Of a stretch of 64,000 bases of DNA, positions 19,378-29,450 are shown in pieces. Below the pieces are notes generated by a model that did not search any database, had not been told where the DNA came from, and saw nothing but the letters and a program-made list of their open reading frames with translations. Each line of letters opens with the position of its first letter. Position 1 is the stretch's first letter. This stretch comes from Promethearchaeia archaeon (lineage in GTDB: Archaea; Asgardarchaeota; Lokiarchaeia; Sigyniarchaeales; SOKP01): contig JAHQWL010000072.1 in assembly GCA_029856155.1 (NCBI GenBank), positions 32,001-96,000 of the forward strand. The letters run 5' to 3'. Made by a program: the position numbers and the translations under genes.

Positions 19378-20187
19378 TTGATATCTTAGACCATAATCAA
19401 ACTCTTTTGTTAGGAAAAAATTATTTCTTCTTTCTTTAGCTTTTGGATCTTCTATAAACTTAATTTTATCATCAAATTTTATATCCCATAAAATTAATCC
19501 TCTAGGATCTGCTGGTTGATAGGAAATGACTTTTGATTTATCAAATAGATCTAAGAAATCATCATAAGTAATTTCATTTTTTCCTAACTCTAAAATCTTT
19601 TTAACCATTCGTCTGATCTGTTGTCTAAGAAACGATCTACTTTTAAATTGGAAAATTAAATAATCGTTTTGTATTGATAGTGTTGCAGAATCCATATCTC
19701 TTATCGACTTTATCAAATCCCCTTCTCTTTTAAAGAAATTTACAAAATCATGGCGACCTTCTAGCTGTTTACAAGCTTTCCTCATTACGTCTACGTTTAT
19801 ATCAGATATTTTTTGAAAATAGGACATTGGAGTAGAAACTATATATATATAATGACGAAAAATAGCATTATGCCTTGAAGAGAACTCTAATGGCACTTCA
19901 GTATATGCCCAAATACCTATTTCTCTTGGTAAAATACTATTAATTTCCATCAATATTGGTTCTTTTTGAGTTATACACGTAAAACAAGCTCCTCTTGCAG
20001 AAACAAATCGATCTGTTCGACTGGCAAATTCAAAATCACCATCTTTAAGTTTTTGAATGTAATTCCTTTTTTCTAACGCTTTTAGAATAGTATGCTCAAT
20101 TGTTAAAATATCCCCTTGCCGTTGAGATCCATAATACTTTTGGGTCCCAATATAATAGAATTTAAAGAGAAATTTTGATTTTGTCAT
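19342..20187 (-). CDS. truA: tRNA pseudouridine(38-40) synthase TruA
   Basis: ASRTDRFVSA, G.HDF, FLRQQIRRMV, GLILWD. Confidence 0.92.
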   Translation of the reverse strand: MTKSKFLFKFYYIGTQKYYGSQRQGDILTIEHTILKALEKRNYIQKLKDGDFEFASRTDRFVSARGACFTCITQKEPILMEINSILPREIGIWAYTEVPLEFSSRHNAIFRHYIYIVSTPMSYFQKISDINVDVMRKACKQLEGRHDFVNFFKREGDLIKSIRDMDSATLSIQNDYLIFQFKSRSFLRQQIRRMVKKILELGKNEITYDDFLDLFDKSKVISYQPADPRGLILWDIKFDDKIKFIEDPKAKERRNNFFLTKEFDYGLRYQLFRTLQQDNFS

Positions 20188-20366
20188 ATATATGTAACTC
20201 CATTTTATTATTCATATCCAATTTTTACTATCTCTTTTCACATTATTTTGAATTTTACAAAATGTTAGATTAAAGAAAAACATTTTAATCTTAAGGATTT
20301 TTTTTATAAACAAAATTAAATTATGGTTATTAAATTAGTTAGTAATTAAGCTTTGATTGATAAATT

Positions 20367-23300
20367 ATGGTTAAGATCCTCACCTCAATAAGAAATTTCC
20401 GTGATCGTCTCAGAACATCAATATCTGTGAAAGTAAGTAATATTTTATTTTTTCTGGCAATTTTTTTACTTGTAACTCTAGCCATAATTATTAGATGCAG
20501 CCCTCTTATCAGAGGTGTAAATTTAATAAAAGCTTTTGATCCATGGATTCAATGGTATAATGCAGAATACTTAAATACTCATTCTCTTTATGAATATTTT
20601 AATTGGCACGATCTTAAAAGTTGGTATCCTCAAGGAGTCAATCGTGGAGGTTTACGACCGGGATTAACTTTTACTGTGGTAATACTCTATAATATTTTTC
20701 ACTTTTTTGGGTTACCTATTTCATTATATAATATCTGTTTTTTCTTCCCTGCATTTATGGGTGGGATAACGGTATTAGTGATATATTTTCTGGGAAAAGA
20801 AATCAATAATCGCGCAACTGGATTATTTGCAGCCTTTTTCCTAGCGTTTAACCCCGGTTATTTACAACGAACCACCGCAGGATTTTTTGATAATGAAACT
20901 ATTGGTGTTTTTGCGGCTTTAATGACATTCTTATTCTTTTTAAAGGCAATAAAGACGGGAAAATTTTCACATTCTGTAATTGGTGGAATTTTCCTTGGTT
21001 ATTTATCCCTCAGCTGGGGAGGATATCAATTTGTTTTCTTATTGATCCCTCTTATCTGTGTTATAGTAATTTTAACTAGCAAATATAATGAAAATATTTT
21101 AATTTCTTATGCGGGGATTGAAGGAACTGGTTTATTGATATTTTCTTTATATTTGAAATTTAACTATCAAAACTTCTTCTCAGATTTAGCTTTAGGGGGA
21201 ATTTTTCTTTTAACAATTATTTTGTTAGTTTTCCACATAATTTATACAAAAAAGAGTGAGCATCCCAACCTGTATAATAATTTGATAAATTTCATAAAGT
21301 GGGGTTTTATTCCAATTGTTTTAATAGTTGCTGTAATAATATGGGTCGCTCCTGAAATTATACCCTTTGGTTTTGGTTTACGGTTTTGGACAATACTAAA
21401 TCCTTTACTTCGTGGAGAAGTAGCTCTTGTTGCTTCAGTAGCAGAACAGATGCCCAGTGCATGGAGTGTTTTTTATTATAATACATTAATTCCGTTAATG
21501 CTTGTACCTTTAGGTATATATTTCTGTTTTAAGAGATTAAATGCCGCAGATATCTTTGTAATTGCGTTTATTATTCTGATGTATTATTTTACAGGAAGTA
21601 TGATTCGTATAATTTTAATTTTTGCTCCAGCAGCAGCATTAGCGGGAGCATATGGATTAGTTAATGTGTTAAAAATTTTCGGTAGTTTCATAGGGGAAAA
21701 AAAAGTTGGAGTCAGTAGAAAAAGAAGAAGACAGTTAAAGGGAACATTGGGAAGTTCAGAAGCTCTTGCTGTGTATCTTATTGTTGGGGTATTGTGTGTT
21801 GCTCAAGTTACTCATACTAGTCAGATTGCTATTTCACAGATGTCATTTGCACAAATGTCGCCTGGCGGCATAATTCATGATTGGGAGGAGACTTTAACTT
21901 GGATGAAATATAATTTAAAAGGAACAGACGTAGTGGTTTCATGGTGGGATTACGGTTATTGGCTTACTCCAGTGGGGAATGTCACAACGGTAAATGACAA
22001 TAATACGAAAAATGCAACAAGAATAGGTTTGACAGGAATGGCATTGATGCAGACCAATGAGATTTATAGTGCTAAAGCATTTCGTGCTTTAAAAGCTGAT
22101 TATGTATTAGTCTATTTTGGATTTCTTTATACAGGATTAGGTGGTGACGAAGGAAAGTGGACTTGGATGGTGGATATATGCAATGATAATTATGCGGGAT
22201 ATCTTAATATGGGATTGGAAGAAGATAATTGGGCAGAAAATGCGGTCTTTGATGTTAATGAATATCAAAATCAAAGCACTGGAGCTATGGGAGACAGTTG
22301 GTTTGACAGTCAATTAGTGAAGTTAATGTTTTGGGAAGAACCTACTTCAGATGATGGAAATTTAAACCAACTTGAGGAGAATTACGTTCGTGAGATAAAT
22401 AGGAGAACTGATGATGATGGTGACTTATGGAAAACTCATATTCCTGATAACGGTAAGTATAATTCTATCGTATTTATTCAAGAACATTACTCTATATCAA
22501 AATTAGTCAAGTTATACAGAATAGACTATACTGCCTTAGATTCTAGTTTTATAATTAAAAATCCAGAGGTTTTTGAAAATGGCTATGCTACATTTAAATT
22601 AGTAAACACTGGAACAAAGGATTTACTCATCAATAATGTAGATATCAATGGATTAGATTATCAATTTGCTATGGGTACTGAAGATTATACAGTTAAGGCG
22701 GGGAGTGAAGAATTAGTATGGGTAGATATGACAAACACAACTTTAAAAAAAGGGGATATCGCAAAATTAACCGCAACCGCTCAATCAAAAGCTTTATATG
22801 ACAGGACTTTTGAATTTACAAATTCGACGAGTAACTTATTTGTTAAAGAAGCAGTGGAAGGTGCCATTAAAATAAATAAGGAAAATAGTAGAGTTATTCA
22901 AAAAGATTCATCAAACGTCGATATATATCTTGAAGTGGAAAATGTTGGTAATTCAGTTGAAGTACTAGATAGATTTTACGCAATCGAAGATACTATAGAA
23001 AATAGATTTAGTCAAGAAACAATCACATATTTAGAAGGATCATCCATCCTTGGACCAACTGAGAAAGCTTATGTTATGATAGAAGATGCAGATATAAATT
23101 TCTTCCCTATTAAAAAATATAATAAATTAGGTGTGGCTACTCCAAATAATATATATGACGAAGTCTTATTCACATCAAATAAAGAAAACTTTTCTCTATC
23201 AATTTTAAGTGAAGATCGGATTGTATCACCTGAAGTCTTGGCCGCTCTTAATAATAATTTTAGGAACCATATTCCAATTGATTTCGATAACTCATATGCT

Positions 23301-24272
23301 TATACGTATGATAACGGGAGCACAATTTTAACTATAAAGGTAAAAAATACAGATGACTTCATATTTGGATTAGATTCTGTATATTTGAATGGTATTGATT
23401 CCGACCATGAAGTTGACTTCGAAGATTGGGATTATACTTCGATAAACTTAGAACCTAACACAGAAGAATTAATTATAATAGATGCAACTGATTATATAGT
23501 AGGAGATATAAACGAAGAAATATTGGTTTGCATCACTGGAAGTTTCGGAACAACAGTTGCTTCGGATATCGGATATATTTACACCATAAGAGATCAAGAG
23601 GATATTCAAATTATTGAAACTATTGACGGAACGGCAGTTTCATATATTAACGCAAATGAAACAGGCAGAATCTTGATTAAAAACACAGGAGATACTCCTA
23701 TAACGTTAGAAAATGTCATTCTTAATAATACTATTACGCTTGATTGCTCAAATCTTAATGAAATTGAATTTTTATATGGGGATACTTCACTAGATATTCA
23801 AGAATGTGCTTTGATTTCTTTTGATATTCCAACTTTTCAAATAAATAAATCCGATGATATTATGGTAAACATTACAACCATTTCCAATGTTTGGTATGCA
23901 ACAACACTTAGTGCAATAGTTGACAATGAATTTTTTAATATTACAATTAATCCTGACATAACTAGAATCGACCTTAGCGATGATGAAATCACAATAAAAA
24001 TAACAAATAATGGAAAGTTGAATGTGACGGTTGATTCAATTTATATAAATGATACTTATATTCCTCTTGACATTGGCACTTATTTTAGCTTTGAAGATGG
24101 AACATCGTATGAAATTGGTAATCTTGGAGGTTCGATTACCATTACTATGAGTGTTTCTGATCTAGAAACTTTCCCTGACATTGATCCTCTACTTGCTAAC
24201 GATAAATTAATAATTCTTGTACGTACTGTTGAAGGTGCTGAAGACATCCTAGAAGAATTGGTAAGAAACTAA
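20367..24272 (+). CDS. aglB: Oligosaccharyltransferase AglB/STT3 with long C-terminal Ig-like repeat extension
   Basis: FDPW, WYPQG, FFDNE, SVAE, WWDYG, DNNT, DEGK motifs; multi-TM N-terminal half. Confidence 0.95.
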   Translation: MVKILTSIRNFRDRLRTSISVKVSNILFFLAIFLLVTLAIIIRCSPLIRGVNLIKAFDPWIQWYNAEYLNTHSLYEYFNWHDLKSWYPQGVNRGGLRPGLTFTVVILYNIFHFFGLPISLYNICFFFPAFMGGITVLVIYFLGKEINNRATGLFAAFFLAFNPGYLQRTTAGFFDNETIGVFAALMTFLFFLKAIKTGKFSHSVIGGIFLGYLSLSWGGYQFVFLLIPLICVIVILTSKYNENILISYAGIEGTGLLIFSLYLKFNYQNFFSDLALGGIFLLTIILLVFHIIYTKKSEHPNLYNNLINFIKWGFIPIVLIVAVIIWVAPEIIPFGFGLRFWTILNPLLRGEVALVASVAEQMPSAWSVFYYNTLIPLMLVPLGIYFCFKRLNAADIFVIAFIILMYYFTGSMIRIILIFAPAAALAGAYGLVNVLKIFGSFIGEKKVGVSRKRRRQLKGTLGSSEALAVYLIVGVLCVAQVTHTSQIAISQMSFAQMSPGGIIHDWEETLTWMKYNLKGTDVVVSWWDYGYWLTPVGNVTTVNDNNTKNATRIGLTGMALMQTNEIYSAKAFRALKADYVLVYFGFLYTGLGGDEGKWTWMVDICNDNYAGYLNMGLEEDNWAENAVFDVNEYQNQSTGAMGDSWFDSQLVKLMFWEEPTSDDGNLNQLEENYVREINRRTDDDGDLWKTHIPDNGKYNSIVFIQEHYSISKLVKLYRIDYTALDSSFIIKNPEVFENGYATFKLVNTGTKDLLINNVDINGLDYQFAMGTEDYTVKAGSEELVWVDMTNTTLKKGDIAKLTATAQSKALYDRTFEFTNSTSNLFVKEAVEGAIKINKENSRVIQKDSSNVDIYLEVENVGNSVEVLDRFYAIEDTIENRFSQETITYLEGSSILGPTEKAYVMIEDADINFFPIKKYNKLGVATPNNIYDEVLFTSNKENFSLSILSEDRIVSPEVLAALNNNFRNHIPIDFDNSYAYTYDNGSTILTIKVKNTDDFIFGLDSVYLNGIDSDHEVDFEDWDYTSINLEPNTEELIIIDATDYIVGDINEEILVCITGSFGTTVASDIGYIYTIRDQEDIQIIETIDGTAVSYINANETGRILIKNTGDTPITLENVILNNTITLDCSNLNEIEFLYGDTSLDIQECALISFDIPTFQINKSDDIMVNITTISNVWYATTLSAIVDNEFFNITINPDITRIDLSDDEITIKITNNGKLNVTVDSIYINDTYIPLDIGTYFSFEDGTSYEIGNLGGSITITMSVSDLETFPDIDPLLANDKLIILVRTVEGAEDILEELVRN

Positions 24273-24402
24273 TTTTCTTATTTTTGATTTAACTATTAAT
24301 AAAAATCTTAAGTTATAGAATATTAGAATATCATAAGTCTTATCTTTAATAAATTGACTTTATTTTTATGTTAAATAAGTGTAAAATTTATCGTTTATAT
24401 TT

Positions 24403-26409
24403 ATGATCGTTGAATTCAAATTAGAATCACAATTTGTCCCAGCGGGAGATCAACCCGAGGCTATACAAGCTCTATCAAATAATATATCGAAAGGAAAAAG
24501 ATTTCAAACACTTTTAGGAGCTACTGGCACGGGAAAAACTTTTTCGATTGCTAATTTAATTCAAAAAATCCAAAACCCAACTTTGGTGATGGCTCCAAAT
24601 AAGACACTAGCCGCTCAATTATATAATGAATTAAAAGAGCTTTTTCCTCATAACGCTGTTCATTATTTTGTATCTTATTATGACTATTACCAACCAGAAG
24701 CATATATGCCAATTTCTGGGTTATATATAGAGAAAGATTTTAGTGTCAATGAAGAAATTGAACGTTTAAGACTTGCAGCTGCTCATGCTGTAAGAACTCG
24801 AAGAGATGTTATAGTTGTTGCAACTGTATCTTGCATATATGGTTTAGGAAATCCAGATCTCTGGGAAAAAATCGCTCTATATATAGAAGTAAATACAAAC
24901 GTTAAACGTTCTGAAATTTTAAAGAACCTAGTAAAAATGAATTACGAACGAAGTGAAATCGAATTTAAGCCAGGAAATATGAGAGTAAAAGGTGATATTA
25001 TTGATGTCTATCCAGCGTACTTAAACAATGCTGTTCGAATCTCCCTATTTGGGGATGAAATTGAATCAATCACAGAAATCCATCCTGTATCCAATAATCC
25101 AATAAAAAAAGTACCTAATTATAGAATATTCCCTGCCACGCATTTTATCATACCAGATGAAAATAAAACAAGAGCTTTAGAGTTAATTAAAGAAGAATTG
25201 GAAGAACGAATTGAATTTTTTAAAAGTCGAAAAAAATTTGCTGAAGCGAAATGGATTGAGAGAAGGGTTAAGTTTGATTTAGAAATGATGAAAGAGATGG
25301 GGTGGTGTAAAGGTATAGAAAATTATTCGAGACCTTTAGATGGCAGACCACCAGGAACACCTCCCATGACTTTAATGGATTACTTTCCAGATGATTTTCT
25401 AATAGTAGTTGATGAATCTCATATAACAATACCACAAATCCATGGAATGATTGGTGGAGATCGGTCTCGTAAAAAAAATCTTATAGATTATGGATGGCGT
25501 TTACCTAGCGCTTATGATAATAGACCACTTACATTTGAAGAATGGGAAAGTAAAATAGATAACATAATCTTTATGAGTGCTACACCAGGAAATTATGAGT
25601 TAGAAAAAAGTGGAGGGATTTCCGCAGAACAGATAATCAGGCCAACTGGTCTTGTTGATCCAAGAATAGAAATAAGGCCGGCAAAAAATCAAATTGATGA
25701 TTTATTAGGAGAAATTCGAAAAGTTATTGAAAATAATGGAAGAACTCTTATAACTACTCTAACTAAAAGAATGGCTGAAGATATCTCAGAATATTATAAT
25801 GAGCTAGGATTGAAAATAACGTATTTGCACTCAGAAGTAGATACAGTCGAAAGATTTGAAATTCTACGTCAATTGAGGGATGGAACATATGATGTTTTAG
25901 TTGGAATAAATCTCTTAAGAGAAGGGTTAGATCTCCCAGAAGTTCAATTAGTTGCGATATTAGATGCTGATAAATTAGGATTTTTAAGAGATACTCGGTC
26001 TTTAATTCAAACTATTGGGAGAGCTTCTAGAAATGTTGAAGGAAAAGCTATTTTGTATGCTGATAGGATTTCTCCAGCAATGAAAGCAGCAATTAACGAA
26101 ACAAATAGAAGAAGAAATAAACAAATGAGACATAACGAACAGAATAATATTACACCTCAAACCATTAAAAAAAATATCTTAAAGTCTCTATCAGAGGAGC
26201 AGGAGTTTAAAAATAGAGAAATTAAAAAGCTAAAAAGAAAAGTAAAAGATAAAATTAATGAATTGGAAAAAAAAGGAGATCTTGAAATAGTTATTGAGTA
26301 TTTGGAAAATAAAATGTTTTTGGCAGCAAGAGAATTAAGATTTGAAGATGCTGCTTACTTAAGAGATAAAATCAAGGAGATAAAGGAAACGAATAAAATA
26401 AAAGCATGA
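24403..26409 (+). CDS. uvrB: Excinuclease ABC subunit B
   Basis: GATGTGKT, YYDYYQPEAY, DESH, GINLLREGLDLPEV, C-terminal FEDAA.LRD. Confidence 0.99.
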   Translation: MIVEFKLESQFVPAGDQPEAIQALSNNISKGKRFQTLLGATGTGKTFSIANLIQKIQNPTLVMAPNKTLAAQLYNELKELFPHNAVHYFVSYYDYYQPEAYMPISGLYIEKDFSVNEEIERLRLAAAHAVRTRRDVIVVATVSCIYGLGNPDLWEKIALYIEVNTNVKRSEILKNLVKMNYERSEIEFKPGNMRVKGDIIDVYPAYLNNAVRISLFGDEIESITEIHPVSNNPIKKVPNYRIFPATHFIIPDENKTRALELIKEELEERIEFFKSRKKFAEAKWIERRVKFDLEMMKEMGWCKGIENYSRPLDGRPPGTPPMTLMDYFPDDFLIVVDESHITIPQIHGMIGGDRSRKKNLIDYGWRLPSAYDNRPLTFEEWESKIDNIIFMSATPGNYELEKSGGISAEQIIRPTGLVDPRIEIRPAKNQIDDLLGEIRKVIENNGRTLITTLTKRMAEDISEYYNELGLKITYLHSEVDTVERFEILRQLRDGTYDVLVGINLLREGLDLPEVQLVAILDADKLGFLRDTRSLIQTIGRASRNVEGKAILYADRISPAMKAAINETNRRRNKQMRHNEQNNITPQTIKKNILKSLSEEQEFKNREIKKLKRKVKDKINELEKKGDLEIVIEYLENKMFLAARELRFEDAAYLRDKIKEIKETNKIKA

Positions 26410-26451
26410 AGTTTTTGTAATATTTTTAATTGATAATATGTAGAATATAAG

Positions 26452-29325
26452 ATGAGCGATAACTCTATTATAATAAAAGGAGCAAGACAGAATAATCTTA
26501 AAAACATTGACGTAATTATTCCACGAAATAAATTAGTTGTTATTACAGGAATAAGTGGAAGTGGAAAGAGTAGTTTGGCAATGGATACATTATTCGCTGA
26601 AGGACAGCGAAGATTTCTTGAATCTTTATCAAGTTATGCAAGACAATTTTTAGGAGAGATGGATAAACCAGATGTAGATTCAATAGAAGGGTTATCTCCC
26701 GCAATCGCAATTGAGCAAAAACCACTTTCAAAGAACCCAAGAAGTACGGTTGGTACTGTAACTGAAATATACGATTACTACAGATTATTATATGCTAATA
26801 TTGGTATCCCTCATTGTCCTAATTGTAGGAAAGAAATAAGACCACAGACACCACAGCAAATCATTCAACAAGTATTAAATTCAATTGAAGAGAATAAAAA
26901 ATTTATGATTAAAGCTCCTGTTATACGAGATAGAAAAGGAGAATACAAAGAGCTTTTACAAGATTTAAAGAAGCAAGGATACGTAAGAGTAGAAGTCGAT
27001 GGGATTCAATATACATTAGATGAGGATATCTCTATGGAAAAAAACGTGAAGCACAATATCAATGTCATAATTGACAGATTAGTTATGCGCAAGGATATTA
27101 AGACACGACTAGCTGATTCTATAGAAAATGCATTAGAGTTAACAGATGGTTTAGTTATTGTTGATGTTATTGAAGATGAGCAGCATATTTTCTCCGAACA
27201 TCTCGCATGTATTGATTGTGGAATATCTTTTCCTCCCTTAGATCATAAAATGTTTTCATTTAACATTCCGCATGGAAGTTGTAAATATTGTAGTGGTTTA
27301 GGAAATGTTATGGAATTTGATTATGAATTACTTTTAGGAAATGATCTAGACATTCCACTTGAGGAGACCTCTATTAGAGATATTCCTGGTTTTGGATCTT
27401 CAAACGGCTATTCTTGGCAAACAATAGTGCAAGTTGCCAAACACTATGGATTTGACACGGATAAAACACCAATTAAAAATATCGACTCAACAAAACTTCA
27501 TAAAATATTATATGGTACTGAAAATGAATCAATTGATTTTCATTTTGAGAGTGAAAATAATGACTATAAAAACCATAATGGAGATTTCAAATCTTCTTGG
27601 CAAGTTGTAAGACCTTTCGAGGGAATAATTCCAATATTGCAAAGACGATACATGGAAACTCGTTCAGAGTGGGCTCGTGAAGTTTATGAAAGTTTTATGA
27701 ATAGGATAAATTGCCCACAGTGTGATGGACAAAGATTAAAACCAGAAAGTTTAGCAGTGACAATTAATAACCTCAATATTGCTGAATTATCTGCTTTATC
27801 TGTAAAAGATTCTTTAAAATTTTGTAAAGAATTAAATTTAACAGAAACTGAAAAGATAATCGTTAAAGAAGTGTTAAAAGAAATATTAGATAGATTATCT
27901 TTCCTTGAAAATGTAGGATTAGATTATATTTCATTAAACCGTCGATCTGATACATTATCCATTGGAGAAGCAGAAAGAATTCGACTAGCTACACAATTAG
28001 GGTCTAGCTTAGTAGGTGTATTATATGTTTTAGATGAACCTAGTATAGGACTTCATCAAAGAGATATTAATCGTCTTATCAATATGTTAAAAAAATTAAG
28101 AGATCTAGGGAATACTGTTATTGTAGTTGAACACGATGAGGCAATAATGCGTAGTGCAGATCATATTATTGATTTAGGGCCATTAGCAGGTGAGAAGGGG
28201 GGTGAAATAGTTGCTGAAGGACCAATTGATTTTATAATCAATTCCAGGACTTTAACTGGAGATTATCTATCAGGAAAAAAGAAAATAATAATTCCCAAAA
28301 ATAGACGGGAAATACACAAAGATTTTATTGAAATAAAAGGAGCAAACGAGAATAATTTAAAACATATCGATGTAAAAATTCCTTTAGGAGTATTTACTTG
28401 TATAACAGGAGTTTCTGGAGCAGGAAAAACTAGTCTAATTATTGATTGTTTATATAAAGGACTCCATAATCTAATAAATACACGGAGTTCAAAAATTAGT
28501 GAAGGAAAGTATGATAAGATTATAGGTTATGAAAAAATTGATAAAATTATTAATATAGACCAATCCCCAATAGGAAGAACTCCCAGATCGGTTCCAGCAA
28601 CATATACAAAAGCGTTAGACTATATTAGAGAAATCTTTGCTGGATTACCCGAAGCAAGAGAAAGAGGTTATAAAAAGGGGCGATTTAGTTTTAATACTAA
28701 AGATGGACATTGCAAAAAGTGTAAAGGAACGGGATATATACTTAAAGAAATGTATTTCTTACCTGATGTGTATATAAAATGTGATTTATGTAAAGGAAAA
28801 AGATATAATACTGAAACATTGGAGGTTAAATATCGAGGGAAATCAATCTATGAGATTTTGAGGATGACTTTTCATCAAGCATTAGAATTTTTTGATAGTT
28901 ATCCTAATTTAAAAAGAACTCTAAAGACAGTAGTAGATGTTGGATTGGGTTATTTAGAATTAGGGCAGTCGTCTACAACTTTAAGTGGAGGAGAATCTCA
29001 ACGCTTAAAGATTGCGAGGGAATTGAGAAAAACAAGCACGGGAAACACCCTTTATATCTTAGATGAACCAACTACGGGTTTATCTTCTTATGACATAAAT
29101 TTCTTGCTTAAAGTACTTCAAAAACTTGTAAATAAAGGAAATACTGCTATTATTATTGAACATAACATGGATATTATAAAGTCAGTTGATTATATTATTG
29201 ATCTTGGACCTGAAGGAGGAGAGAAAGGAGGAAATGTTATAGTAAAAGGAACTCCAGAAGAAATAATAAGCAATAATTCATCTTTCACAGCTAAATATTT
29301 AAAAAAATATCTTAATAATAATTAA
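26452..29325 (+). CDS. uvrA: Excinuclease ABC subunit A
   Basis: Two ABC ATPase cassettes (GISGSGKSS, GVSGAGKTS, LSGGE), Zn fingers, EGQRR..ESLS. Confidence 0.99.
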   Translation: MSDNSIIIKGARQNNLKNIDVIIPRNKLVVITGISGSGKSSLAMDTLFAEGQRRFLESLSSYARQFLGEMDKPDVDSIEGLSPAIAIEQKPLSKNPRSTVGTVTEIYDYYRLLYANIGIPHCPNCRKEIRPQTPQQIIQQVLNSIEENKKFMIKAPVIRDRKGEYKELLQDLKKQGYVRVEVDGIQYTLDEDISMEKNVKHNINVIIDRLVMRKDIKTRLADSIENALELTDGLVIVDVIEDEQHIFSEHLACIDCGISFPPLDHKMFSFNIPHGSCKYCSGLGNVMEFDYELLLGNDLDIPLEETSIRDIPGFGSSNGYSWQTIVQVAKHYGFDTDKTPIKNIDSTKLHKILYGTENESIDFHFESENNDYKNHNGDFKSSWQVVRPFEGIIPILQRRYMETRSEWAREVYESFMNRINCPQCDGQRLKPESLAVTINNLNIAELSALSVKDSLKFCKELNLTETEKIIVKEVLKEILDRLSFLENVGLDYISLNRRSDTLSIGEAERIRLATQLGSSLVGVLYVLDEPSIGLHQRDINRLINMLKKLRDLGNTVIVVEHDEAIMRSADHIIDLGPLAGEKGGEIVAEGPIDFIINSRTLTGDYLSGKKKIIIPKNRREIHKDFIEIKGANENNLKHIDVKIPLGVFTCITGVSGAGKTSLIIDCLYKGLHNLINTRSSKISEGKYDKIIGYEKIDKIINIDQSPIGRTPRSVPATYTKALDYIREIFAGLPEARERGYKKGRFSFNTKDGHCKKCKGTGYILKEMYFLPDVYIKCDLCKGKRYNTETLEVKYRGKSIYEILRMTFHQALEFFDSYPNLKRTLKTVVDVGLGYLELGQSSTTLSGGESQRLKIARELRKTSTGNTLYILDEPTTGLSSYDINFLLKVLQKLVNKGNTAIIIEHNMDIIKSVDYIIDLGPEGGEKGGNVIVKGTPEEIISNNSSFTAKYLKKYLNNN

Positions 29326-29450
29326 TTCCTCTTTTGAATTCAAATATTACTATAATTTTAAAATAAAATTCTAAACCAAAGGAATATAATTTTATATTAA
29401 TAGTAATTATCAGATGGATTTAAATTTCTAAGTGAAATTCGTGATATAAA

